A DNA stretch of 64,000 nt, from positions 2,666,001 through 2,730,000 of the forward strand of contig CP075492.1 of assembly GCA_021613535.1 (NCBI GenBank), written 5' to 3'. Origin of the DNA: Adineta vaga. Its lineage: Eukaryota > Animalia > Rotifera. The notes under the pieces were generated by a model, which did no database searches, was not told the DNA's origin, and saw only the letters and a program-made list of their open reading frames with translations. Below, one piece after another: positions 27,964-40,000 of this stretch; within the stretch, counting starts at the first letter, position 1; each line of letters opens with the position of its first letter. The translations under genes were made by a program, and so were the position numbers.

Positions 27964-28761
27964 ATGGCACAATCAGATAGTACAACCAATGTTCAACAAG
28001 ACAACAATGAAAACATGCGACGAAGATTAGACAAAGAAAAGTTAAACGATAATGAAGTCGATAAATTGTATGATATTGTAGAAGTAACTGATGGTCTCTT
28101 CAACCAACATCATATTCGATATACAATTGAAGGTGGAACGTTTCTAGGTGCTGTTAGAAATGGTGGTCTTATTAAACATGATAATGATGCTGATTTTAAT
28201 ATTCTTCAGGATGATATATCTAAAATAAAAACTTTAAAACATGATTTTGCTGAATATGGTCTTGAAATTATTGATACTCCAGGATGGGGATTACAAATTA
28301 GTCATCAAGATAGTCCTACTTTAGCAGCCGATCTTTGGACTGATGGAACTCATAAATGGACTAGTAAGTGGCCATTTCTTGATCTCATTGCTATACGATG
28401 GGATGACAAACAAGAAAAATATATATATGCTGGGGATGTAGCTCATAATGATTATCCGGAATATTATTTAACTAAGTCGGACTGGGAAAACCCTTTTGAA
28501 CGAATAGCATATGGTCATTTGATGTTGTGGGTTGTTGGAGGTGAGAACAATCGACGAGCATATTTGGATCGTCATTTTGAAAATTGGAAGAAAATGGTTG
28601 AAATGAAAATGGATCATCGAGCGAATGAATATTTTAAAAGCGCAATTCGATGTCCATTTTCTGAAGCAGATGCTGGCTATCGTGAAAGAAGTAAAAATCC
28701 AACAACATTGAAAAAACTATGGTCACAAACAAAATCAAAGGACGTAAATCACGACAATTAA
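27964..28761 (+). CDS. LicD-family nucleotidyltransferase-fold phosphotransferase
   Basis: GGTFLGAVRNGGLIKHDNDADF matches the LicD/fukutin signature (GTLLGAxR...DxDxD). Also FLDL and AYLDRHF. Intronless. Confidence 0.85.
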   Translation: MAQSDSTTNVQQDNNENMRRRLDKEKLNDNEVDKLYDIVEVTDGLFNQHHIRYTIEGGTFLGAVRNGGLIKHDNDADFNILQDDISKIKTLKHDFAEYGLEIIDTPGWGLQISHQDSPTLAADLWTDGTHKWTSKWPFLDLIAIRWDDKQEKYIYAGDVAHNDYPEYYLTKSDWENPFERIAYGHLMLWVVGGENNRRAYLDRHFENWKKMVEMKMDHRANEYFKSAIRCPFSEADAGYRERSKNPTTLKKLWSQTKSKDVNHDN

Positions 28762-29162
28762 TTTTTCCATTTAGTTCTTCATGAACAAAATAAACACTCA
28801 TTTTCAAGTATATTCTTCTATTTATTAATTTATTAATAAAATCGATAAATATAATGATATATTCATTTTCTTACGTTATTTATCTACGTGACAATATAGT
28901 TAAAAACACAATTACAGATGGCGCTAGTTGCAAATAAAAATACATAATATCAATTCATTAGAAAAATATTTCAAATACAAAAAATAATAAAGATTTGTGT
29001 TAGTTTAAATCGGGATTAAATATTCGTAGAAAAACTCATTTCTGATTGGCTGACACATTGTCGTATACTATAGTAGACGATCATAGTCTTCAAATACTTT
29101 TGACGTAGTTCCATATAAGAAATATATGTAAAATAATTTTCTTTATTTTTTCAATTGTAGAA

Positions 29163-29963
29163 ATGAGTTCTGTCGTATCATCACATGATTTATCATTACT
29201 TAGTTGGAATATCTTAGCTCCATGTTGGATATTGAAAGAATGGTATCCATCTATGTATGATTTAGCTGCTGATAATCGAACTCGTCTTGAATTAGTTATT
29301 TCACATATTAAAACACTCGCTCATGATATCGTTTTTATTCAAGAAGCACAAGAAGATCAATTAGATTTATTTAAAGAAAAATTAAGTAATGATTATTATT
29401 ATGAATATATTTCCAATAATCCAACACCATGTTCTGCAGCTAATGGACTTCTGACTTTGATTCGTAAGAATTATCTTTATGCATCAGAAATCAAAATAAC
29501 AAATGGAATTCTTGATTTACAAAGAGGAGAAGCTATTCAAATTATTACAATTCCTTCAAAGAATCTTTATCTATTAAATATTCATCTTGATTATAATCAT
29601 CGATTAGATCAATCAAAAATGATTTTCGAAAGATGTAAAACATTAATTGGTGAAGAGCATTCGATTGCTCTCATGGCAGGTGATATCAATGCTGAAATTC
29701 AAGATCAAATCGAATTTCAATGGACTGGTTTTGATCATGTTTTTCATGAATCATCAAAACATGCAAAGATTCCGACTTATTATTCTGATCCGCAATATAT
29801 TTGGCCAAATATGGTTATTGATCATATTTTATACGATACTAATCAACTTGAATTGATGGAACATGGTAAAGCATGGGATACACATGATCGAACACTTGAA
29901 GAATCTTTGAAAAAATTCGGTAGTGATCATATTTATATTTGGGCAACATTTCGTTTTCGATAA
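29163..29963 (+). CDS. Endonuclease/exonuclease/phosphatase (EEP) family protein
   Basis: SWNILA, FIQEA, NIHLD, AGDIN, IDHILY, GSDH: the full EEP motif set. Confidence 0.88.
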   Translation: MSSVVSSHDLSLLSWNILAPCWILKEWYPSMYDLAADNRTRLELVISHIKTLAHDIVFIQEAQEDQLDLFKEKLSNDYYYEYISNNPTPCSAANGLLTLIRKNYLYASEIKITNGILDLQRGEAIQIITIPSKNLYLLNIHLDYNHRLDQSKMIFERCKTLIGEEHSIALMAGDINAEIQDQIEFQWTGFDHVFHESSKHAKIPTYYSDPQYIWPNMVIDHILYDTNQLELMEHGKAWDTHDRTLEESLKKFGSDHIYIWATFRFR

Positions 29964-30794
29964 CATACAAGAGACTAGTCATTATAATTATATTTTTGTT
30001 CTCTGTATTTATTCAGATTGTGTTTTTTTTCTTCTTCTCAAACTAAATAAAGATAATTCATCCAGCTGCTGTTATATCGGTGGATGAAGATGTGGCAAAA
30101 AATGTGAATGTATTTTCTTCAGTTTCTGTTCGTATATATTCTGAATAAATCTTGTTTTGTTTTTAATTAAGTATTCTATAGGTTGAAAAGAAAGAACTTG
30201 TATGTATTCTTATCATATAATTATATTTGTTACATGTTTCATTCAATAACACGAGCATGCACTTTAAAAAAGATGAATTCAATATAATGTTTCTGAGTTT
30301 CTATTGAATATGATTGACTATTTGTTCGATTCTATGAATATGTATATATAAACAACTGTAAGTTGATACCTTATGGAATCATTTATTTACTTGGAATTCT
30401 CAAGAAATAAGTATATATTTTGAATTCATTTGAAAAAGACATCTGAGAACATAATGTTAAAATCAGCATCGATTGAACTTTATCATCATTCGCCATATCA
30501 TGGAAACAAGATTCGACAACAAGTATAGTAGTAATGAATATAACTGTTCAAATCAAATATTCTAATTATCTTTAAGACGTCGGTAAGAGTACGTCGTGTC
30601 AATCGGACGTCCGCTAAACACATACATTCAGCATTGCAATCGACAGATGTTAAAAAACAGGTATAATGTTTACATACACTTAACGTTAAAAAGACTAGAT
30701 CTTTTTGACGTATTCTATCGTACTTTATATTTAGCGAATAAAGAATAACTGTACTGTTCAAACTTTTAACCCTCCTGCTTCAGCACATCAATCA

Positions 30795-32156
30795 ATGGAC
30801 AAAACAATCGATCAAAAACAGTTGCTTGAACAGAATAAAGAAATTATTTTGCATCCGAGAACGTTAACGCCAACAGATTATCATGATATTCGCTTATCAG
30901 AAGTAAATTTTATTTTACTATGAATATGATTGTTATAATTTCTCGTTATAAAGACATCCAAATCTAATGTATCGTTTGATTCAATTAGCCATATTACACG
31001 ATTCTCTAATTATTCATCGAAAATATTATTAAGGTCGCCACAAATATATGAAAAAGATTGGAAACAGCAGAAACGACACCGACGACGACGTCGTCGTTGC
31101 TGTGGTTTATATTTTACTTGTTGCTCTCCATGTTGCTGCTGCATCGGATCCATTCTAGCTCTTCTGTTGCTTCTTATTGGACTGACTGCTTTGCTTGTCG
31201 CACTTCTTACAAACAAAGGATCTCTTATTAAAACCACGAGTAGATCAATTCTATCTTTAGATCAATATTCCATGTGTTTTTCCATCGATTTCTAGGCACA
31301 ACGACAACGAGTACTTCCTCTACATCGACTAGTAGTAGTTCAACATCGGCATCGTCTAGTACTTCTTCCACATCAACGAGTAGTAGTTCAACATCGTCGA
31401 CGACGAGTACTTCTTCCATATCAACCAGTAGTAGTTCAACATCAACAAGTACTAGTACTTCTACAACATCCGAGACAACCGTCTGTGAGTCTTTCAACTC
31501 TTCTATCATCCGCATCTTATGAAAACAATCTTTTTTCTTCTTTTTTTCAAGCAACAACGACTGAAACAACAACAAGTTCAACATCGACAACCAGTACAAC
31601 AACATCATGTAAGTCTATAGGAAAACAAATGAATAAAGAAACACCTATCTACATTCGTCTCATTTTTCCTTCAGCTACCACTCCATCACCTCCGTGTCCA
31701 CCTCTTTCTGTTGGTTCTTCAAGTACTCTTCATAATGCAATAACTGGACCTACTATCTACACTTGTCAAGCTTTCCAATGGACAGCACCAAGTACTGGTC
31801 CAGTTGCTCTTGCTTTTGAAATGCGCAATGATCCTTCGTCGTGGTATATCGATGATGTATCTGTATATCATGGAGGTACTCAAATGTTACTCAATGGAGG
31901 TTTTGAAACAGGAGCTTTTGCTCCTGGATGGCAAAGAACTCAAGCAACGGGCAGTACTTGTGGCATTTATCCTGGTCAGATAAGCACTGTGATGCCTCGT
32001 ACAGGTACTTATAGTATTCGAGATGGAAGTCTTACATGTAAGGATAAAATTGGTCAATCATTCATAGCTACAGCTGGTGATGTTTATATCGTCAGCTATT
32101 GGTATAAAACGAATGCATTGGGATCAGGTCAATCTATTACTGTTACTCTTTCATGA
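30795..32156 (+). CDS. Type II membrane protein: Arg/Cys-rich juxtamembrane segment, TM, Ser/Thr mucin-like stalk, CBM/galactose-binding-like domain
   Basis: ATG at 30795 (MDKTIDQK), 5 exons. RRRRRCCGLYFTCCSPCCCC followed by TM and poly-S/T. C-terminal WYIDDVSV..LLNGGFETG...YIVSYW. Confidence 0.7.
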
Positions 32157-32423
32157 TTATAATACGAGAGGATAATGGAACTTGATCGTTCTTCTTTTTG
32201 TGCATTCATTTGTTATAGACTAGCGTGTGAATTAGGGTGATTGAAGAAAATAACGACACCCACACCCTCAAGATTTATATTTAACCAATATTGATTGTAA
32301 AAAAAGAATTTGATTCACTTCAAATAATGCCATCTGATATATTTGATTCAATAAATGTCTAAGATGAAAGAAAAAAAAGTATTCATCATGTATAATATCT
32401 AATTTCTATGAGCCATTTATCCT

Positions 32424-33223
32424 CTACAGTATTTGTTTATTTTTCTTTTCATTCTGATGACAAGTACAATGACAGTATCCTCCAGTATCACTTCGACGAT
32501 AATACCCACCATCATTCCAACCACCACTATTTGCCACATAAATACAATCATCACAACCAGTTGCACGAAGACAACTTCTTTTCCTCATTGGTGAAACAAC
32601 TTTATCTTTTGTTATGAATGATCGATTTTGTTCTAAACTAATGAACAAGTTGAATTATGTAATAGAGTGCAGAGATCATTATTACCTGATAATAATGGAG
32701 AATTGTATTCAACATAGATAAGTTTATTCCAATCGATCTGTGGATTATTATTGATGTAGAGTTCTATTGGTTGTTGAATGAAATGATTTAAATCTTGTTG
32801 AAGATTATTGATCATTATATTCAATCGTTCGATATCGTGTTCAATGAAATCATTAACATCTTTTCGTAGACGAATTTCTTTTCCGATTAATTCGATTCCT
32901 TCTATGATCTCCGACTTTTTACGATATATTAATTGTAATGCTTGTTGACGAGTATTTTCAGCTATTTGAATTACTTTTTCCATCATACCTTTTTGCCAAT
33001 TATCAATACGAGCGAGTAGAGAACTTTCCACACGTTGAATTTGATTTGTTCCTTTTGTTTTCGTCATAAGCTGGTTGCAATCATTGATGAGATGATTCAT
33101 CTGCATTGTCATAGAATAACGATGATCATTAAAATGTTGTGGACAAAATAACGATTGACATCCTGTACAAATACATGTACCTGAAATGGTTCCACATGTG
33201 GAACATCGTTTTATAGTTGTCAT
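32424..33223 (-). CDS. B-box-like zinc finger + coiled-coil protein with Cys-rich tail, 2 exons
   Basis: CSTC..CICTGCQSLFCPQHFNDHR then heptad-rich helix. Intron at about 32685-32632. Last exon contains C..CDDC..CHCTCH. Confidence 0.7.
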
Positions 33224-33336
33224 TCTCAAGATTAGTCAATGATATTATGCAGAGAATTCAATTTTATGAATAGTGATCACGTTTCTTGTATCACACCTTT
33301 TTTATTGACTTAATACACAAATTCTCACTCTCACTC

Positions 33337-34593
33337 TCATCCACGTCCTCTATATTGTACATGATAGATGCGATTATTGCCATCTTCAGTAAATAGAAGA
33401 CTACCATCGTTGAGAACAAGTAATCCAACTGGACGTCCAAATGTATCAGGTCCTGATGGATTTGTTAGAAATCCATAGATAAAATCTTCATAGTAACCTA
33501 ATGGTCGATGAGTTTCATTATGAAATGGAATAAAAACAATTTTATAACCAGTTCCACTATTTCGATTCCACGAACCATGAAGGGCTGCAAAAGCACCATT
33601 ATGATATCGTGTTGGAAATTGAGTGTTTGTATAGAAACGCATATCAAGAACAGCTGAATGTGCTTGAAAGAGAACATCAGGTGTTTTTGTTAATGCTACC
33701 AGATCTATTCGTTCACTTGTTCCATTTGTTAAACGTCGTCGTGGATCAGTCAAATCAGAACTCATATAGGCAAAAGGCCATCCATAAAAATCATTTGATT
33801 GAACACGTGTAAAATAATCTGGTACAAGATCATCACCAAGTTCATCACGTTCTTGACATGTTACATAGAGATCATTAGTAATTGGATGAAAAGCTAAACC
33901 AACAGGATTTCGAAGACCATAAGCATATGTTGTTTGATTACTACCACTGAGATAAGCTTGTTGAATAGAAGCTCGTGGTAGTGCTTCAACATCAACATTC
34001 GATGCTGAACCAATACTAACAAATAATTGATCATTTGTTGGCGATACAACAACAGTTCTTGTTGAATGTCCATTTTGAGGATATGTCATGATTATTTCTC
34101 CTGTACCTGATATAGATCGACTACCATTCGTCCATAAATAACGTCGAGTAGCATCTCGATTTCCAACATAAAAATATCCATTGATAAAAGTCATACCAAA
34201 TGGTGAATTTAATCCATTAGATGAATCTGCAAATGTTAAACGTTGATCTGGATAACCATCATTATTATTATCGACTAAACATGATATACGATTTGCACTT
34301 GGTTCACTAACGAGTATATCATTTGAAGGTGTATAAATGAGATAACGTGGGTTTATTAATCCACTCATATATAACTTTACTATAAACCCATCGGGAACAT
34401 AGAGACGAGGATTTGTCGGTACAGGAATTACTCGAGCTCCTTTGGCAACAGATGACGTTGCATATGGTTGTGGGAGATTAGCAACTGTAATTCGAATTGG
34501 TTGTGGATTAAATGTAATATTGATAGCATTTATTTGATGAATTGTAAGTAGAATCAATAATAAGTACGAACGTAATATATGCAAGAGAAACAT
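33337..34593 (-). CDS. Secreted PQQ-dependent glucose/L-sorbosone dehydrogenase-like beta-propeller, bacterial type
   Basis: Signal peptide. LYVPDGF, GHSTRT, SIGSASNV, GLRNPVGL, ERDELGDDLVPDY, FYGWP, HGSWNR..GYKIV, GRPVG. Intronless. Confidence 0.88.
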   Translation of the reverse strand: MFLLHILRSYLLLILLTIHQINAINITFNPQPIRITVANLPQPYATSSVAKGARVIPVPTNPRLYVPDGFIVKLYMSGLINPRYLIYTPSNDILVSEPSANRISCLVDNNNDGYPDQRLTFADSSNGLNSPFGMTFINGYFYVGNRDATRRYLWTNGSRSISGTGEIIMTYPQNGHSTRTVVVSPTNDQLFVSIGSASNVDVEALPRASIQQAYLSGSNQTTYAYGLRNPVGLAFHPITNDLYVTCQERDELGDDLVPDYFTRVQSNDFYGWPFAYMSSDLTDPRRRLTNGTSERIDLVALTKTPDVLFQAHSAVLDMRFYTNTQFPTRYHNGAFAALHGSWNRNSGTGYKIVFIPFHNETHRPLGYYEDFIYGFLTNPSGPDTFGRPVGLLVLNDGSLLFTEDGNNRIYHVQYRGRG

Positions 34594-36052
34594 AGTTGAT
34601 CGTTCTGTCATCAATTGTATTGTGTCTTATACTTATATATATACAGTGAGAAACGGGCTCATTATAATAATGCGCACATACATTTTTCTTTGACGTCAAT
34701 AAAATTTCGTACATCATTATAATATTCTAAACTGCACTTTGCATGCATCGATTATATAAGAAGGTGTGAGTGAGTGTAAATCTAGGTATGAGAGATGAAT
34801 GAATATACTAAACACCACACAACTAAACCAACGTTGTCAACTCTAATATGGAATAACATCTTATCTGATTAGTTGGTAATTTTTGAAGCGAACATTCTTA
34901 TTTTACAACAACACAGTTGTATATAGTTCTGATCTGTTAGGCTCTTTGAAGGATCCATTGTTTTTTATTCGTTTTAACCTTTAGATTTCTTCATGTATTC
35001 TTCAACAACCAATCACGCATTCATTTATCATTTCCTAAATGTCTACTTTATTATTACAAGGCAAATTGCTCGATCCCAATATAACAGAAACTCAATCTGA
35101 ACAAATACTTTTTTTGCACAGTAAATTTATATATAGATTATTCAAAGCAGTCGAAGAAGGAAAAGATCCAAAAACAGTTGCCTTTCATCCTTTTAAAATT
35201 CCTCGCTCTGATGATGAGGGTGTGAGTATGGATAATTAATTGACATCCACACCCATACTCTTTTGTAATATAAAAGCATATAACAACTTTTGAACGTCTC
35301 AAAATTTGTCTTTTGATGAATTCGATTCATTATAACAATCAAAATCAATAATCTTATAGCTTATTTCAACTTTGACAATACTTGAATTTCTCTTTATCAG
35401 TTAAAAATAGAATCTCAAATAAAATCACATCAGATATATATGTGTCCTTACAGTTCACTCAAACTAAAGGCAAATGTTTTTATAAATTTCTGTATATAGA
35501 CAATCAGTTAATTTACCTCTTTTGTGGAACCTTACTTAATAATTAAAAAAAGAGAATATTGAGCAGAAAGGTTCATATAATTGATTAGACAAGCAAAGAT
35601 TTCAGGTGATTTATCATTTGAATATTGTCAAAAAAACTCACGTTCAGTAAAACAACGAAGAAAGAAATGTTTGAGACAAGCAAATGCCTTTTCACTCTCT
35701 CGTCTTCCTATATATTAGAATGTATGCATTATTGTTTTCAGTTGACAAAAGCAAGCAATTGTTAAGGCAATGTTATATTCCGTGAAAGTTCTTGATGATT
35801 TCTAAGAAACGCTCTCCCCCTATTGTTTTGTCATTAAATAATACAAAAGTTAAAGAAAATACTCGGATAAAAGTGCAGATGTATAGTTGTAAGTTGTTTA
35901 TAATAGCAGAATATCTTAGTTTTGAATTGTAATCATAGATAAATGAGTATAGCTTTCAAGAGATATTTCATGACAATAAATTTTTATTTGACACGACATT
36001 TTGCGATAAACTAATGAAAAATTTTCTATCTTTATACTGATTTTATACACTA

Positions 36053-36933
36053 CTAGCGGAGATACCCGCCACAAACAGGACACAATTTACGTTTTTCATC
36101 TACAATAGTGCTTTTCTCACCACCCACTGGACCTCTCCGTTGGTATTTACCCATCGTGTATCAAAAAACTCTCACACTCTCCTTGCATGTCCTGCCTTAG
36201 CTACTGTAATCATTCAGGTCGCCACTCAGCGCGAGTTACCTGTCTTCCACACGTCTTTCTCCTCCGTACTGAAACCCTCCTATATCCCTTTTCACGTCAT
36301 GCATCAGGACTTTTTTCAGAACTTTCCGCAGCTCTTTATTAGTTCTTTCCTACTGGTCTTGTCTCGCTATGCGTACGACATACAGCTCTGTTCCTTTTAA
36401 ATCCACTCCTTTTGTCCCGCTGCAACTCCAGTCCCATTCTACACCCACTCTCCCACTGCAACTCTAGTCCCTCGGTAGATCTGCCTATTCTCAGACGCTC
36501 GCTGCAAGTCATACTCTAATTTATAAACTTCACTTCAATATCATACAGTTAGAGTAGTAATTTCATTCTAGATTCAGTTTTTTTGAGAACCCAAACCAAG
36601 CATTGAAGTTGTCCATCTTGGATGCAGACAACAACGCCCCCCCCCCCTCCCCCACTCCTCGCTGACTATTATAACTCCATGTCGACCTTTCTGTGGAGCT
36701 AAAGAAGCATTGTGGTAAGTTTGGGAATGTTAGCTATCATTAAACTGCCTGGGTGAAATTTCACACACGCTCCCCACCCTCACCCCCTGATGACCATTCT
36801 AACCCCATGTCGACCTTTCATGGGACCTAAGGAAGCATCGTAGAAAGTTTGGTGATCGTGGCTATTACAGCGACTGAATGCACAGCGAACAGACAGACAA
36901 ACAAACTTTCTTCTTTATATACATGTATATAGA
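36053..36933 (-). mobile_element. Non-autonomous Helitron, 881 bp
   Basis: Minus strand starts A|TCTATATACATG...GTTTGTTTGTCTGTCTG and ends GCGGGTATCTCCGCTAG|T (GC hairpin, CTAG). Inserted between A and T with no TSD. More GC-rich than flanks. Internal ~80-bp duplication. Confidence 0.85.
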
Positions 36934-37045
36934 TTATTGCATTCTATAGCTGTTTGATTATTACAACCTGTTATGACAACAATTATTCTTTTTCTTTCAG
37001 AACAAAGAACATTCGAATTATAGATTTAAAAAGATTCATTCAATC

Positions 37046-40000
37046 ATGAATCGTAAAACTGTTTTTAAATGGATCTATAAGAAAGCTTCTAATTATAACC
37101 TTTTTATGTTGGACGAAAATGATTATGATGATGATGAGAATATCAATGATTCAGCTGCTAGTCTCAAACGTCAAAAATATAAAACTTGGTTATACGTACT
37201 TCTTCTCATAGGTAAATATCAAACAATACTGATTTTCATCGAGACAAAGATATCTTCTGATATGAACGATAGTGTCAAACTTTTACACAAATATTACATT
37301 TTGATTTGAGTTAGAATTCAATGCGAATGATTATTTAGGGTACAGGCTCACTTTTTCTTTTAAATTGACCATTATTTAGTCTTTTATTATTCAGTACTCA
37401 TGCTAATCCATGATGTTGAACATTCTAAAACTAGTTTCTCTTGTTCGTGTACATATCGGTTGATGTATCAACATAATAATACAATACATGAGGTAGGGTG
37501 CAACGGTAGGTATAATTCCGTTAACGAAGGAATTCCGTAGCAGTCGATCAAGATCAAATATTTCTCGTTTATGGCGGAGTGCTAGAATTTCTGGAATAGA
37601 TAGGAACTGACTCCGCAATATTCAATATCGCAAGAATATAGGATGTATTCTTAAAATACTGTTTAAAAAATGACTAAAACGATGAATTAGAAAGAAAGTC
37701 TTGATCTTTTGAGATAAGATCCAAAAAGCTGTTTTTAAATCAATTGAATCTATTGAGTCGAGCTTACTCAAGCCTTTCATTTGGTCTAGTTTGAGCCTAG
37801 AAGTTCCGTCGCAATTGGTTTAGAGATAAACTTTGATTTGATACATCTTATTCAGTTAAAGAAATGACTTTTATTCATTTTAGTATGTCTCTATGTCTTG
37901 TTCTATGTTACGTTGATGAAAGTCGAATCTAAAACAATTGCTATTAAAAATATCACACCTGACACATTCAACAAGCTTTTATCTAAACATGGTCAAACTC
38001 TTTCATGTCCATGTACAACTATGGAAATACCATATAAAAAGTTTGTTTTCAACCATATTACAATGCATCCCATCTGTTCGAGTATCTTTGTTGAAAAGCA
38101 ATGGATTGAAGGATTATATTTTGTAGATGCGAACCTGTTTAACGTATCGGATTTTCGGCAAGCGGCTTTTTCTCAGGTTAGTTGAAAATTAACTTTGATG
38201 ATAAGTATTGTAAAAGTCTTTGAAGTTTTTACTAAATTTTATTATTTTAAAATCCACAATATATGTCGGCCACACCCACATCCATTAAGCGACTGATACA
38301 TGAAAGTGTGACGGAAGTTGTATCAATGTTTAGAAGTATATGAAAAGATACAGATTTTCTCTTCATATATTCTTTGTGTATTTTAACAGTTAGATTAACT
38401 ATTCATCATACTTATTACTATCGTTAATTCCATAACAATCTTCTTTTGTTTTAGTTTGAACTTCTATCCAAATTTTGTTCACTTTCTCGAGAGATTATTT
38501 CTCAAACTCAACTGGATATTAATAACACTGATTTTATCACTGTTGAGGTTCTTTCTGAGATGGAAGTTCAAAAGCAAATAAATAATATTATTGAATTTCA
38601 AAAGGACAGTGTAATTGATCGAATGATGACATTTTTGAATTATACACGTACGATAATTCAAGCAAACTATCTTGTTACGGCACTTGGTTCAAATTGGGTT
38701 GTTCAATCTTTTCATATTCTACAGGGATTCTTTCTTATACATGGACGACAGGTACTGCTAACAAACGAAACAATTTACTTATCTTGCGCTCATAAGCAGT
38801 TTACAATAGTAGCTACTCTTCCTCCGCTATCGAACCATACAATAATATTTTCTGACAGATATAATGTGATGACAATGGATAATTCAACAATTGTCAATGG
38901 CTTTTTTGTGGGATGTACTCCTCTCGATGCAATACTTGAGAGTACATTAGATTGTTTATATGAATTCAAATGCCTTCAATTGCTATTTGATTACTTTCCA
39001 AATCTCAATCAAGTTTGTATCAAGCCAAATAATCGACTTCCTAATTATTCTTTCTTTTTCAGACGAATTTCCTCTGGAATAATTCTATTTTATCTCCAAA
39101 ATCGGATAATTTGACTGTAATTAATCACTTAAAACGTCTTTTCGTTATCGATTGGCCAATAAAGATGGATTACTCGACATATTTTGATCAATGTTCACCA
39201 TCAATCTGTACATATACAAGAACAAGTCGACAAGATGTATCTTATGCAATTACACTTTTCATTAGTCTTTACGGTGGTCTCATTATTATACTTCGTTTAA
39301 TTTCATCATTTTGCATCGATATTTCATTCAAGTTCAGAGATCGCTCAAGTAACTTAGATGAATATTCGAGTGAATCTTCATGTTTTTATTCTAGATCATC
39401 AAACTACAAGTACATTCAAACTGGTTGAATCAATAAAACAATTGAATTTATTTAAGAATATCAATGATCGAACAGAGAAAAGCATTAAACAGCAAAGAAT
39501 AATTACTCGTGTCTATTTGATTTTATTATTAGGTAAAGTTATTCGCACTTCACACGTCTTTGATACTTCTTCTGAGCATTTGAAAATATCGATTATTTAT
39601 TGAGATTAATGAAAATTTGTGATGAAAATCTTTATTTGAAATTAAAAAGAATTGTTCGTTACTTTTACATATAAATACATGAACATGTCTTTTGTTTCCA
39701 ATATTAGGTTCAATATGTATTCTTTGTCTTTTCACATCATTGAGCAGTTCAATAATGACGATAACCGTACCAAATCCATCATTAACAACTTACAAATCAT
39801 TACAAATAGCATATACCAATACACTTCGTTGTCCATGTTCAAATAAAACAATACCTCATCAATTATTTCTTTCGATTTCTTTCCGTTTTCATCAAATATG
39901 TTCGAGTGGTTTTGTTGATGATGGTTGGTTGAAAATATTGCACCCTAGAGGAGTAGACTCTATGAAAAAGAATTGGCGTAATCATGCATTCGTACAATTC

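Noticed and set aside
31228-31608. Minus-strand ORF with LLLVDVEEV repeats
   Set aside because: Antisense shadow of the Ser/Thr stalk on the plus strand.
34985-35239. Short ORF or exon-like fragment
   Set aside because: No recognisable domain or complete gene structure; it ends in the palindromic motif.
36140-36400. 86-aa ORF
   Set aside because: Inside the Helitron, non-ATG start, no motif.
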